DNA of 55,241 nucleotides, filler included, from Streblomastix strix (taxonomy: Eukaryota): assembly GCA_008636045.1 (NCBI GenBank). It is 3 parts of 3 records of this genome, joined end to end, with 100 filler letters (N's around TTAATTAATTAA, not from the genome) between each part and the next. Parts side by side here need not be neighbours in the genome. Positions count along the whole stretch, not along the records: positions 18,451 to 36,797 come from SNRW01000614.1; positions 36,898 to 55,241 come from SNRW01000615.1; 1 more part is not named here. The stretch is one strand, 5' to 3'. Within the stretch, counting starts at the first letter, position 1; the number at the start of each line of letters is the position of its first letter. Of this stretch, positions 25,401-39,800 are shown piece by piece. Under the pieces are notes generated by a model. It saw only the letters and a program-made list of their open reading frames with translations, was not told where the DNA came from and made no database searches. A program made the position numbers and the translations under genes.

Positions 25401-27525
25401 ATCTTTATTTAATTAAATGATTTCTTTAATAAAATTTAATTCAATTTTCTAATTGTTTATTTTTGAACTTCATATATATTTTCCTCTTTTATTTATTTTA
25501 TTAAAATTGGCGTTCTCATCATCCTTATTTTCATCTTCATCATTAAAATTTGTTTTATTTATTTATATTTTATTTGAATTTAATTACATTTCATATATAT
25601 ACTCTGAATCTTCTTATCCTTCTTAATATTCCTCTTCAAGAACATAATCTTTTACTTCTGAGTATTAAGAAAATTTCTTGTTCCTGTGGTGTCAATTTCT
25701 TTAAATTGGTTTCAGTTTATTTCTTAATGTAATGTGAGAAAATGAAATAGCATCATTAGTTATCTTCTTTCATACGAATATAATTTTTGAATTTTCCTCT
25801 TAATTTAATAATAATATGAATAAATAATGATAATAAGTAATTTAATAAATTTAAATTAAAATTTAATAATAAAAATATTAAATTTAATTAAATTAAAATA
25901 TTGATATTATAATATATACTTAATTTGACGAACAATTGCGGCATTAGAAAAATTAAAGATATCATTAAGCATTTTTCCATAAAAAATCAATAAAATAATA
26001 GTGAAGGAAATCAATGTTCTTCTTCCAGTTTTTATTTCAAGTCGGCAATTGTTGCTTTATTTGATATTTATACTTAATAAGCTCTACCTGATATTGATGT
26101 TAATGACAATTTCACTCTATAATAATATTTGAATAAGGAAAGTATTAAAAAAATCATATAAGAATTACATATCAAACATTAGAAGCTTTGAAATATAATT
26201 TTTGAATGAAGCACTCAAAAATGAATATATTTTTTGAAAATTTCATTAGAATTATTCAAGATTAGATATATTTTATAATATATAAAATCATCAAATAATG
26301 ATAATTTTTTGTGTCAATTTAAAGTGCTATTTAAACTTATAGTTTAAAATAAAATTTCGTTTTGCTATAATAAGTTATTGAAAAATTATTAATTAAAAAT
26401 AAATTTTTCTAAATAAGTATTAATTAGAATTGTCATAAAAAATAAAAATTAATAATTGTGAAGTATGGAAAAGAAGTAATAAAAAGAATTGAATTAGACA
26501 ATAAATAATAATTGAAAAGAGAATAAGAATTAAAGATGAATTAAGAAAGATAAAGGCAATTGTGTGAATAAGTAGAAATAATTTGTCTATTTAGTGACTC
26601 AAATATATTTGCAATGAATATATAAGATCATATTCATATATATCATTTAGAATAAGAAAGATTATATAAAGATGTGAAATAAATTATGAAAACTGTAAGA
26701 AAAATGCAATCTATTAGCAAATATTTTATTCTTTTTAGATTATATTAAGAAAAATAGGATAATAAAGTGAAATTTTAATTCTGTGTTAATTAAGTTGATG
26801 CTTCTTAAATTAAGAATCATATTAGTAAGGAACATGATTAAATGAAAGATTTATTCAATTTTCTATTTGATAATATTGAAATTACTTAAGAATTGATTGA
26901 GTAGCATGAAAGAGAAGAAAGAGAAAGAAAACTTTTGAAAGAATAAGAAGAGAAAAAATGAATAAATTGAAAATTTTATTAAAATTAAACAGGTTAAGCA
27001 TGAAAAGGAATACCGAATAAATTTAATAAAGAGAATAAAGAAAAAATAAATAAATTATTACTAAGCCAAAATATAAAAGTGCACATTTTAATATTAATAA
27101 GATTATATTAATGTCAATTATGCATCAACTAAATTGAATTTTCTATTCTAATTATTAATATAATGAAAAGAATAAAAACTATATTTATAATTTATTTAAT
27201 TAAAGAAAGATAAAGATATAATAGAAAAATGATAATCAATCTAATATAAACTGATTTATCGATTTAACTTATTGCCGTTTTAAACCATTTTGAAAATCTA
27301 TAATAGGCATTTAATATTTATATTTACTTATAAGTATAAACACAATTTCAATACTTTTATTTATCTATGACTAATTCGTTGAGTTTTATTTGAAAAGTAA
27401 AAAAAAATATGAAATTAAAGTAAATAGCAATATAAAATTTTAAATTTATTATTAATTTATTAATTTTATAATTTTATAATTAATTTAATTTAAATAATTT
27501 TAAATTTACTAATTTCATAATAAAA

Positions 27526-29403
27526 ATGAAAGTCCCATAAACAATAAATAAAATATTGAGGATAAATGCATTTAAAAGAACACAATTCCTATTTATTCAA
27601 TGTTTAATCTAATAAATTCTTAATGCGAATGGACAGAATGTTTAACTCAAATTTCATTGATTTAAATAAAAAGACAAGATTTGAAGAGCAAATGAACAAA
27701 AATGAAAATAGTTAGTTGTTTTTAAGAATAAATCAATTTGATCTCCTTCAAGAGTTGAAATCCATTCGTTTTCTAACATCAATTAATGATAAATTTGAGA
27801 AAGCAAAAATTCTCGAATTCAATATCCATAGAATTATCAATAATTAATTGAAAATCAAAATTAATTCAGTTATTATTAATGAATTTATACTTTAAATTGA
27901 AGATGGATTGAAACCATTTCAGAAAGAACTAATGATAATTATTGGAATAATTATTGAATAAGGAGAAAATATTGTGTTTAATTGGAACCAAAATAGACTT
28001 CACGATATATTTAGCAAAACTAAATTGCCAAATAAAATTGAAAAAATATTGATTGGAGAAATTAAAAATTAATAAAAAAAATAAATAAAATAATAATAAA
28101 TTCAATATTCAGAATATGTATTTTCTCTTATTACAACATTCTTTCTTTAAAATCCATACTGTAATATTGAATAAAAGTGCATAATGCTATGTGGTTAAGT
28201 AATTAAATCTCATTCAGATAAACTTTTTAAGAAATTAGTTGAAATTTAGACTGTTGAATTGAATGAAAAATTAGAGTTGATGAGTTATAATAATGATATT
28301 GAGAATGAAATAAAAATTTTGATAAAAATAATAAATGGATTAGGAGAATATATTAAAATGATATGTGATGATGATATTGAAGAATTAGTTAAATCTATTT
28401 AAATTCATGAATCTATTATATCATTCATTCATTTCAATTGATAATCAATCTCTTAATGTAAATATCAAATATAAATTCAAAATATTGAAGCTTTATAAGA
28501 ACTTCATGCATCAATTTTGAATGTTCTTGCTGAACTGTGCAATAATACTCATATCAAAGATATTTTAATGAATAATCACAACATAATTGTGCATGTAACC
28601 AAATCAATATGTCAATATTATGATTAAATTATACATTTGAATAATAATCCATCACACTTTGATTCTTCTTCTTTTTCTATTATTGGAGGTTATACTTATC
28701 TTCTGTATAGGATTCTTTTGTCCAATACTAAATAAATTCCCAAAATTTTGATTAATCATGATTATTAATAATTACTGCTAGCATTTATAAATTTTGGAAG
28801 AAGGATTAATTGTAAATATTAAATTTGAAGATCTACAAATTATATTAGATATTTTAGCAATAATTGCATTGAATTGATTATTAACAATGGAAACTTATAA
28901 TAAATGCAATAATTGATAATGAAATATAAAATTCTAAAATCATAAATTGAAGGGATTGGATGTTGTGGAGGATGTGAAGAATAAAGTTTGAACATAATAT
29001 TCTCAGTATTATCATGTGTTAAATAAATAATCAAATTGATATTTGACAGACATGAATAAATAAATTCATTAAATTAATTGAAATAGATGGTTATTGATAA
29101 TGTTGAATAAGAGAGTGGAATTGAAGAAATTGAATCATAAATATTTTAAAAAAAAATACATATTATAAATAAGTAAGAGTTATTGCGAAATAAGTGAGAA
29201 ATTTATTTTTCAACAATTATTTACAACCATCAAATAAAATAGAATAATATGAGTTTGAAGAAATATATTTTTATATAGAACAAGATGATGAAGATATTTC
29301 TTAATAAGAAATTGATGAAAAAGCAATAATTATTGAAGATGAAACCATATCAAGAAAAAACAAATAAAAAAATAGAAAGGGAAAAAAGTAAGAAAAGAAA
29401 TGA
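27526..29403 (+). pseudogene. Member of a lineage-expanded helical (ARM-like) hypothetical protein family, disrupted
   Basis: Long Gln-code reading with frameshifts and in-frame TGA. Motifs IEGIGCCGGCEEQ and VEQESGIEEIESQIF match the gene at 46350-47699. Ends at TGA 29401-29403. Confidence 0.65.
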
Positions 29404-31195
29404 ATGTAATAAAGAATTTAAATTATTGAAAAGTTTTAGATAGAAAAGAAAAATTGAATGAATTAATGAATGAAAAAAGAAATAAATTAAAATGAATTAT
29501 GGTGAAAATTATAGAGTGTATTTTAATTTTCTTAGGATTTTGTTAATGTCATATATGTGTTAATACGGCTAAGTTTTCTATTTGAATTATCAATAAAATA
29601 AAACATAATAAATATTCAAGTTTGATATATGATTTGAAGATGCTATATATATGAATTTAAAAATAAAAAATCTTTCTTTTCAGAATTTAATCATATTTAG
29701 GGTCGTTTTAAAACTTATAATTTTTAAAAAAAGTTATATCTTTTTAAAAATGTTATTTAATATAATTATTCGTTTTTAACGACTCAAAATTTTTACTAAA
29801 TCAATTATAAATCAATTTATATAATAAAATAAAACTTGAACAATTATCATATTTATTAATGTTGGCTGATTTATTATAACTTTTAACTTTTTAAAAAATG
29901 AAATAATAACAAAGTTACCATAAAATAAATCAAAAAACATAATACTCACAGAAGTAAAAATATATAAAAACAGGTAATAAATACACTCCATATGTAGACA
30001 TTATTCGGAAAAATCGAATAATGAAGAAAAAATAAAATTAATGAAAAAAATTGAAGAATTTTCTTCTAGTATAATAAAAATTAAATTAAAACATAAGTAC
30101 AATGCAATAATAATTAAATATCGATTTAAATAAAATTAAAGAATTAAACATAGCAAATTAAACTATAATTCAATGAAAAAATGATAATTTTTGTAGATAA
30201 TATTAATATTCGTGTTTTTAGAGCTATTTATGTTAAAAAGTATAGAAAATTATAGTTAATAAAATTTAAAATTATTTTATTTAGTTAATAACATTAAAAA
30301 GCAAAAATAATATTATGTATATATCGAGATAAACTTTTAATTTAACTTTGATGACAATCAAGGTGTAATATGTGTTCATATATAATTAACATTATATTAA
30401 ATAATATAACTAAAAAAATATTTAAAATTTAATCAATACTTATCATCAGTTTAAAGTGTAAATTGGTTTTGAATTCTAAAAAATGAATTGATTCATGCGT
30501 GCATAATTATTTATTAGTAAAAGTATAAATAAAAATTGAATGTGTTCAATTAATAAAGTGCCTTCTTTCAATTCTGCGATAATTGAAGCTCCTTTTCCTG
30601 TTCCGGTGTGTTCAATATTCTAAAATGATGAATCTGATATTTCAATTTTTTTATTCTGAATATTTTTATGAGATTAATTGTTATTTATCATCCATTATTC
30701 AAAAATAATGAGTAAGAAAGCGAATTATCAAGATTTGAAGAAAAATCTTATTAAAATTCACAGACTATAATAGACAGTGTTGGAATTTGATTATTATTAT
30801 TCGAATAAATTGAGATGAGTGCATTTTATGAAGTTGGATAGAAATAATCAAATTAAAGATCAAGAAGTTCAAGATTTCCAATATCAATAATTGTGAAGAG
30901 AGAATTACTATTTGATGATGTTTGAAATTGTTATTAAGTATATGAATTTTCTATCGAGACATTTCCTTATGATTTGATTTGTACTTAATAGCCAAATGAA
31001 GATTGTTATTTAATTTAAATGTCTTCTTCAAGAGATGTAGAACTCAAAAGAATCATATGTATTTTATCTTCATCATTATTATATCCTGATATATGACACA
31101 TCAAAACTCAATACATATTTAATTTTTTGCATGGAGATATGGGGTCTCCACAAGATGAACTGTCAACTCCAGAATTCTCATTGATATAAAATCAA

Positions 31196-31900
31196 TTATG
31201 AATATTGAAGATAATGGAAAGATCTAACTAACTGCCGGAACAAACTCATTTAATAAGATAATATTATCTATTAATGAAATTGCAATTGGTGGATTTATGA
31301 TAAGTGGAACAACTACTTCATAAATTTCAATTAGTAATTGTATAATGAAGATGTTAAGTGATTAACCTTAATATTCAATATTAACTGGGCTTGTTGAATT
31401 AATTGGTGGAAGTTTAAATATAAATAATATAGAAATTAAAGATATATCTTAATCAGATTCTCCAATTATATTGATTAATGAAAATGCAGGATCAATAATT
31501 ATTGATAATAGTTAATATGATAATATCAGAAGAACGATAAGCGATGACACACCAAACAAAATTGGTGGAACAATTGAATCAGCGATTGGAGGAAGTTCTG
31601 GATAACTAACGATATTAAATATAAATTTCGCCTTATGCATTTCAGAATAATCATATTAAGCTGGAGGGATAAGTTTAATAATTAAGAATTAATGAACAGT
31701 TTCAATTTCATAAACGTCATTCATTCAATGTGAATCTGACTTAGGAAGTAGAATCAATGCTTAAATATTATCAGGTGGAACATTATCAATTGATGGAGCA
31801 AGCTCTTTTATATGCCGTAAAGCTTGATTAGATTAAGGAGCTGTATTATATTCCAATATTTCTGGAGAAAATAGCAAACTGATAATGGAAGATTGGTTAT
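31196..31900 (+). pseudogene. Right-handed beta-helix (GG-repeat, pectin-lyase-fold-like) protein fragment
   Basis: Reads TGLVELIGGSLNINNIEIKDI..IGGTIESAIGGSSGQLTILNINFALC..AGGISL..SFIQCESDLG..SGGTLSIDGASSF, with two in-frame TGAs. Confidence 0.65.
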
Positions 31901-32972
31901 TATTATTGAATTTTATTAAATTTACAATTTAATATCTGTTTCTTCATACTTATACTACTCGATATTCATAAAGTTCTTAATATACATCGTTGTTGAGTAA
32001 AATCTATAGTGTGATACTACTTCTAAGATTCTAAATTACGCCACATCATTCTTCTTCGTCTCGTCTGAGAGTTCAGTTTTTATTGATGGTAAGGTTAAAT
32101 ATGAAGAGAAACAGCTTCATTCTTATTTATTTCTTAATTCTAGAGCAATAGATTCTGTATTTTAAAGGCTTTTGAACAATTCAGTTGTTGAATAGGTTGG
32201 AAATTAAATTCTTTTTAGAAAGAAATGTGATCTTGTTCATCGCGAAAGAACTTGACGAATTTGAATGATTGCTTATGCAAAAGCATAGATGGTTATTTAA
32301 CTTAGTATCAACAGCATCCTTGAGCCTAATAAATTGACCATAAATTTAGATATGTCGTTTGAATGTTTTCTTAATCTTTTAAATTTTTGAATAGAGTGAT
32401 AAAAAAATAATTATTTAGAGAAAATTAATTATAATTGAATGTTTCATACTTGATAATATTTGTACAATGAAAATTTGCTTTGCGTGAATATAGTAATTCG
32501 CAAAATAGTTTTGGATTAGAATATTTATTTTCTCTAATTACTACTTAGTATTTTTTAATTTGGGGTAGAAAAGTAAATATATATGTGAATATTTAGGTAT
32601 AATATTATATGTAACCTCATTATAGTAGTAGCTATTTAGATAAACTTTATGCTTTCTTTTTTTTGAGATTTGTACTATATATTTCTATTAATATTCATAA
32701 TTATATAATTCAATTTCAATTTATGATAATTTGAAATTATATGTTTTATTCAAAATCTTCAATTTTGCTTAAATCTGTACATTTTTTTTAAATAAAAACA
32801 AATATTATTTAAATCGCTTAATTATGTAAAAAATTGATTAGTTTCATTATCAATTTTCATTAGTTCATTCTTATGTTACAAATTATTTATAAATTAAATA
32901 CTTTTTTTATTTTGTTAATACAAAAATTCATCTTTTTTATTTTATTTAGGAAATAAATAAATTCAATGAACC

Positions 32973-35157
32973 TCATTTTTTTGGTTTCTTGCAATTGATT
33001 TAACTCTTTGTGTTGATTAAGCTCTTGCCACTTTTAATTCTATTGCTTTTGACTTATGGTTTGGCCTTATTGTTTTTAATAATCTTCTTCAGAATTTTTT
33101 TTAAATTTTTTTTCCTTTTTCCATTTTCTTCACATTCTGATTCAATATCATTTTCTTCATCATCTTCTGAAGCAAAACTCATTTCATCCCAAGCTTCGAA
33201 ATCTTCCTATTCATTATCTGATGAAATTTCAAATTATTCTGTATCTTCAATCTTTAATTCTTCCTCAACATCTTCGCCTGAGGCATAATAATCTGTTTCT
33301 TCTAAATATTCTTCATCAGAATAATTATTTCTTAATTTCTTTCTTCCAGCCCCTACTCTCTTACCTCCTATTTATTTTTTAGGGCGTCCTTTTTTTTATT
33401 TTAGAGTTATTTAACTGTTATTTTATTATTCATTATCTTCAGTTATTTCTTCATCCCTTTTTCTTTTCTATGGAACCATAATTATATTATTAACAATTTC
33501 ATCATCCACTATGTCATCATTTGAGCAAGATTCTTATTACCCTTTATTCTGCAACTAATTTTTCAATTATATGGATTTTTATTCTTTTTTTAAATCTTTA
33601 TTTACTAATTACTTCATTTTTTTATCTATTTTTTCCACTTCTTTTTTATTTTTGATTTCTTCCCTATCCAACTTATTCTTATTTTTCTTCAATAACTATT
33701 TTTCAACACTCTCTTTTATTCTTTCTTTTTCTTTTTTATATATTTTTAACTCTTATATAAATTTATCATCAGTAATTAATCGCCCTGCATAAAAGAGTGG
33801 AGGAGGAGAAGTTTATATTGCTATAGAATTTTATCCAATTTTTATATTTTCAATTTTTCTCCAATTCCTTTTAATTTTCTTTTTATTCATTACTTAAATA
33901 TCTTAACCTTATTCTAGTAAATTATTTTCTTCATTTGTTTGAGTTTCAACAGTGCAAAGCTAAATCTCATTCAATTTATCTTTTTTCATTATATTTTTAG
34001 AATCATCATCTGTTTAGCTAATAACATTTATTTTGGTTTTTTCTTCAATATCTTTTTTCAACTGTTACGCAATTAAGCCTGAAAATGTAATCAATGATGA
34101 TGAAAATGTTGATACTGGTTCTGTTGATGTAGAAAGAGAAAATGGTCCAGTTAGAAGTGGTTTGCATATTATTTAATTATCTTGAATATTAATAATTTAT
34201 AATGTTAAATCAATTGATTTGATTGTTATTTTAATTGGAGGAATATTAACAAGTTAAATATTTGATGCTGGAATTACAATTGATTATGTTTCTGGTAATG
34301 GATCTAATTTATTCTTTATAGTTTATTCTGTACATGGCCATGAACAAGATTCTTTGAAACAATTTACGATAACTTTCTTTTATAAAGCACTTATGTAAGA
34401 AGCTGAAAGTGCTTCAACGATTGAACTTCTGTATGATATTGCTGTCCAGGGAGAAGGAATTACAAATGATGAAACTAACATTCTTTTTAATTCTGCAAAG
34501 ATACCACAATCAAGCGGTTAAAGAAGATGGGTCGTATGTGCAGGAAAGGTAAGAATGTCAATTTTTAACTCTCTAGCTTTCATTAATATTTTTTCACTGT
34601 TTCTTGTTGAAGATGAATCTAACAGTAGTAGTGATCGCTAACTTTTTCCATAATTTTCTCGGCTACGAGCAATTTTTGGTAGTACAATACTAATCATGTA
34701 CTCTTCAAAGGTCAAAATGGTTTGCCATCCTTTATGATTCCCAACAACAAAAAATAAATCTTCATTTAGACATTTGAACTCTTTGGGTACCTCCTTTGCA
34801 GCGTGGACAAGAACTTATGCTTTAGTCATATCTCCGTGTGCTGAGCAACACATAGTAAATGTTATATTATATTAAGGAGGTACTGATTTACGAAAAGCCT
34901 TTTTCGTACATCTTTCAACAATAATTTTTCTTCTTCTTCCATTATATATTTACAATGATGATTCATCCAAATTCCAGATATCTTCAGGTTCATATAGACC
35001 CAATGTGATGATTCGAAGAAGCAATAATAACCATGGTCTAATTACTTTCTAAGTGGATGCCTACCATCTTTTACAATCAATGAAACACCCTTGATGAACT
35101 GATGGTTAGGATCTGTAACGAATAAGGATTATTTTTGGCTTGGTTATTAATTTTATC
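32973..35157 (-). mobile_element. pogo-superfamily DD35D transposase, 5'-truncated, reading frame otherwise open (~725 aa)
   Basis: IWNLDESS..CCSAHG..NHKGWQT..RSLLLLDSSSTR..ILTFPAHTTHLLQPLDCGIF, with 35 residues between D2 and D3. No TGA until 32975-32973. No start codon or HTH before the TA at 35158-35159. Confidence 0.92.
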
Positions 35158-35159
35158 TA

Positions 35160-35298
35160 CAGTAAAATCCGGTTAATTCGCACACCGGTTAATTCGCACT
35201 CGTTTTAATTCGCACTTTATATATAAATCAAGAAAAAAAATAAATATTCTCTATATATTTTGTTAGATAATTCGCACAAAAAAAATTATAATTCGCAT
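35160..35298 (+). mobile_element. pogo/Tigger-type terminal sequence with TAATTCGCA repeats, inserted at TA
   Basis: TA|CAGTAAAATCCGGTTAATTCGCACACCGGTTAATTCGCACTCGTTTTAATTCGCAC, with two more copies near 35269 and 35289. Confidence 0.75.
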
Positions 35299-36284
35299 TC
35301 CAAAAATTTAATTTCTGTCTGATTTTTAAAAGATTTCTAAAAATATGATAAAAAATTATATTATTTATTAAAAAAAATATTTTTTTAATTAATTTTTAAT
35401 TTCATACTTTTATATTTAAATAATTACAGAGCGTATTATATGCGAAGATTTTACGAAATCCGAAGGTTTTATCACGATTTTTCCTGAAAATCTCACATAT
35501 ACACATAATTATGATAATTCAATATCAACTACGATTATAACTCAGAAAAGTTATAGACCTCCTCAGGACCGAGAAAAATTTTGAAATTTTATATCATCAG
35601 AAATTTTCTTTAAACTTAAAATAAATTAGAAAATCATCAATGATTTAATATATTATTTCTGAATAAATAAAAATTATTTCTGAAATTCTTCTTGTTTAAA
35701 ATTTATTAAACAATTTTTTTTATTTTAGACGCAGTCTGGCGTACCGTCTACAAATATGGTATTTTTGTATATTATTCATTATATTATTATAATTACTGAT
35801 AAAATTAATCTAATAATAATTACTTAACACTACTCTCACTGCAAGAAGCAGCACGTAAATTTTAAGCGCAATATCTTTTATTGCATTGCATAGTATTTGT
35901 TAAATTATATTTTACTTTATATAGTTAATAACTTAAAGTAAATTACATTTATTAATATACTTTTTAAATGATTATAAAACTCTCAACTTCCAACTTATAT
36001 TTTTTAATTTTAAAACTGATAAATTACTCCTCATAGAATTTAAAATTTTATTTTTTGTTTATATTTATTTAACACATTTTATATTTACTATTTGAATCAA
36101 TAACATCTGTTCTAAAATATAAGTTAAATTTTATTTTTATTTTAGAATAAATTTATTTTTTTAGTTTTCTTCATTTTCTCTACATCGATTCAATTATTTT
36201 TTATTATTGAATGAAAATTAATTTTATAATTGTATTTGTATATAACATTTCAAATATTTATTTATTTATTTATTTATATTAACA

Positions 36285-36797
36285 GCCGATTATGTAACCT
36301 TGCTTATATAAATGCAACATTGCGTAACTTATATGATGAGCAAAAAGCAGATCCAGTAGATAGAAAGATAGAACTTATTAGAGTAAGGCTATTCTCAGCA
36401 TTAGTTGCACTTATACATTTATATGGAAATGAACAAGATTCATCCTCAATTAAAGATTTCTCATAATCTCATGGCCCTCAATTACAATCAGGCTCAAAAG
36501 CAGGATAAGGAAACTTTGGAGATGAATTTTATTCATAAGGTAAAAAATATGTTTCTTTATCACCTATTTCATCATCCCAACCTCCTGGAAAGAAATAGAA
36601 GAAGTCACCTGTAAGTCCTGCATGCCTTGTGTGCCGTATGCTTCATCATCTTCTCTAATAGAATCCACAATCAGTTGATGCAGCTTTCTAATAACATGCA
36701 ATTGCAGCAATGATCAGAATGCTTTCTGGAAATGCAGTCCCATGTTCAGACTTCAATTCTACATAATTCTCTCAGAATTCAAATCCTTAAACTGTAT
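36285..36797 (+). CDS. Exon of a hypothetical protein, 3'-partial
   Basis: After an ...aacag acceptor, about 170 codons are open in the Gln code (RLCNLAYINATLRNLYDEQKADPVDRK...) up to the contig end. Confidence 0.6.
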
Positions 36798-36897
36798 NNN
36801 NNNNNNNNNNNNNNNNNNNNNNNNNNNNNNNNNNNNNNNNNTTAATTAATTAANNNNNNNNNNNNNNNNNNNNNNNNNNNNNNNNNNNNNNNNNNNN
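36798..36897. other. Artificial contig linker (N44 TTAATTAATTAA N44)
   Basis: Same linker as 18351-18450. Confidence 0.99.
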
Positions 36898-39800
36898 CAA
36901 ATTATTTGCGTTTATTCTGCCAATCTTCTTATAATTACTTTCCAATTCCTATTTCACCAATGTGAGTCAACCAAATCAAGTAAAGCTCGTCAGGGAAGAA
37001 TAGTTGATAAATATCAAGTAAAACATCATTCATCTTTGAATTATTATTCATTATTTCATTCTTATTTTATGCATTCATATTTTGAATCGCATTTTCTTTT
37101 TCAATTCTAAGAATTAATTTGAATATTTTCCCTAATTAATAAATTTCTCGAAGTTTCTTCTTTTATTCTTTATTCAATATTTCAATTAATGGTTATTATG
37201 GTTAAGTTTATGGTGGATTGATTAATAAGCTATTTGTTTTCTATTATTATTAATTAGGTGAATCTGATTATGGAATTGAATCATCCTATTATTTTTCTGA
37301 TTATTCATATGAAATATTATCATCCTATTATTGAGATGATGACGATGATTAAATTATTAATGCTTTCTAATTATTTTCATTAGTGATATTTTTGATTCTT
37401 TCCATTTTTAAATCTTTATCTAACCAGAATAAAATCTCTTCAACTTCAGTAAGATCATCATTAATAATACAATTATTATCTTTCAATTTCTTTCTTTATT
37501 AATCTACTAATTATTAACTATTTAATTTACTCTTAATCTAGCTAGTGTTCTATAATTGTTATTATGATGCTTAACGAAAGTATTAAGTGAATGAATATAA
37601 TGATTAACTTTGCATACTTGATAAATTGTATGACAATCTGCTTGTTTAACGAGAATTATATAGTAATGATTATGAAAAAGGAAGAAATTAGGAAGTTTAA
37701 TATAATTATGGATGTGAAGGAGAATCTTTGGAAATTTATTATTAATCAAAATTAATGAATCTTCCTAATTTGCTATAGAATATATCTTATGATTATTCTG
37801 TTGGAATATCTTCATTATTTTCTTTAGTTTTAGCATTATCATCAGAATATGGAGTTAATTCATTATCTTCATCATTTTCTCTTCTTTATTCATATGCAAT
37901 TAATTATTAATTATTAATTTATTCTTTTATCCTCAAAGTTAATTTCTTAATATGTTCAATAATATTATTCTTTGATTATTCCAATAATTCAATACTTTCT
38001 CCAGCATGTGCAACACTCATATGAATTGAAGTCTATAACATTGCTCCTCCACTTCCAGGGCCTCCACCTGTTTCTTCCCATTCAGCAATACCACAAAGAC
38101 GTTTATATCTTTATTATTCTAATTAATAAAGCTCTTATTCTGCATCAATTGGGATATTGTTAGTATTTTATGAGGTTGATGTAGAAGATTAAGATTATTG
38201 ATTAAGTTAAGATTATGATGAATTTTGTTATTAATTATTATTTCCTCTATTCCTGTTTAATATTCGACCTCCAACAACCTTCTTCTTCATATCACACCAC
38301 ATTTCCCACACACTTGTATATGGTTTTAATCCTTCAGAATAATAGTTATATAAATTATTATTAAATATTCTTTTCATTTAGTTTCTTCTTTTAATCCTTT
38401 TTTCTTGATTATCATTTTCATTCATTTCTTATTTTGTTTCATATTCATATTCATCTTCTTCAGGTTGATAAACAGGATCAAAATATGGACCTTATTCAGC
38501 ATCATTTGATTAAAGAAAATATCGATTAATTAATAAGCATATTTGGCCATCTTCATTATGAGAACAAACTCGACCTGCAGATTTTAATTAACTATTTACT
38601 TCCTGAAAGTTTTCTATATCACTACTATATATATCATGTGATGGATATGCAGTAAGTGACAAGAGTCGCACTGCATTAATAAATGGCATCTCTTTTGGTA
38701 TTATTAATTGATTCATTAGTTTTCTACCTTATGTCATTACAATACATATTTCTCCTTTCAAATCAATATCATCTTCATTTTATGTTGAATTATTTTCATT
38801 CTTTTATTCATTTGGTGTATCAAATACATGAATCTAACCTGGAACACAGAATATTAGAAGAGGAATTCTATTATCATATGGAAATAGATCGGGATTTATA
38901 ATTTCTCTTTTATCTATACAATTCTCTTCTCTAATTTTCTATTTATCTGTTGTATATAATTCTTATAATTTATTAAGAGAATTTTCATAATCATAACAAG
39001 TAATTGGTTCAGTAACGAGAGTATTATAATTATCTCCTATTTCAGCATTCAAACTGAATTAATTTGGTTTCTTATGAGATCTGAATTGTGTGTATGATTC
39101 AGAAGCAAGACTTCTTAGTTGTGGGAATGAAGGTTGAGGTTGATTTTAATTATTGTTATTAATAATACTAAAATGAGGATTAATTTCAGGAGGTGGAGGT
39201 AATTCATATGTTGCAGCAAATGGAGAGAATGCAGGAAATAGTTCAGTTTAAACAATAGATTACTTATTAACATATGGACTTATTGGTTTTGGAATTGGTC
39301 TTAGTTGTTGAATTGATGAATTTCTTATATTTGCTCCTTAAAGTTCTCCTTCTGGTGGTTTAATCAAACAAGAATAGCAAATGAAATCTTCTGGTTGAAT
39401 CCTTGGAGTTCGTTTGTGATTCATGTACGGATTAAAAAAATTATTATATTGAATTTGCTTCTTTTTCTTCTTATATCCTCTTTTCTTCTTCTTATTTGAT
39501 TTGGATATTTTATTTCTTTCTTCTTCTTCATTTCCAATGTTTATTTCTTCATCATAATCAGACTAATCATATGAAGTTGATTCTAAATCTGACAGATCTG
39601 GTTCTTCAGCTTTTGGAATCATGTCTTCAATTTCATTCATTTTCACTTCGAATTCTTTGAATTTCTGTTGTGGTGCACTTTTCCCTGCAGGTGAAACTGT
39701 TATATTTGAAATTATCTTTCCAAGAGTTTAAAGATTATTGGTTTAAGAATCACCAATTCTTTATGTGCCTTTACCTTAATTTGTTAAATATTATGAATTT

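Noticed and set aside
25921..26990. Coding-like plus-strand stretch
   Set aside because: Many TGAs and frame changes, and no motif recognised.
31940..32400. Moderately GC-richer coding-like segment
   Set aside because: No frame gives a recognisable domain, and in-frame TGAs occur on both strands.
33010..33792. Hydrophobic Phe/Leu/Ser-rich plus-strand ORFs resembling membrane proteins (also 41145-41444)
   Set aside because: Reverse complements of Lys/Glu-rich coding sequence on the minus strand.
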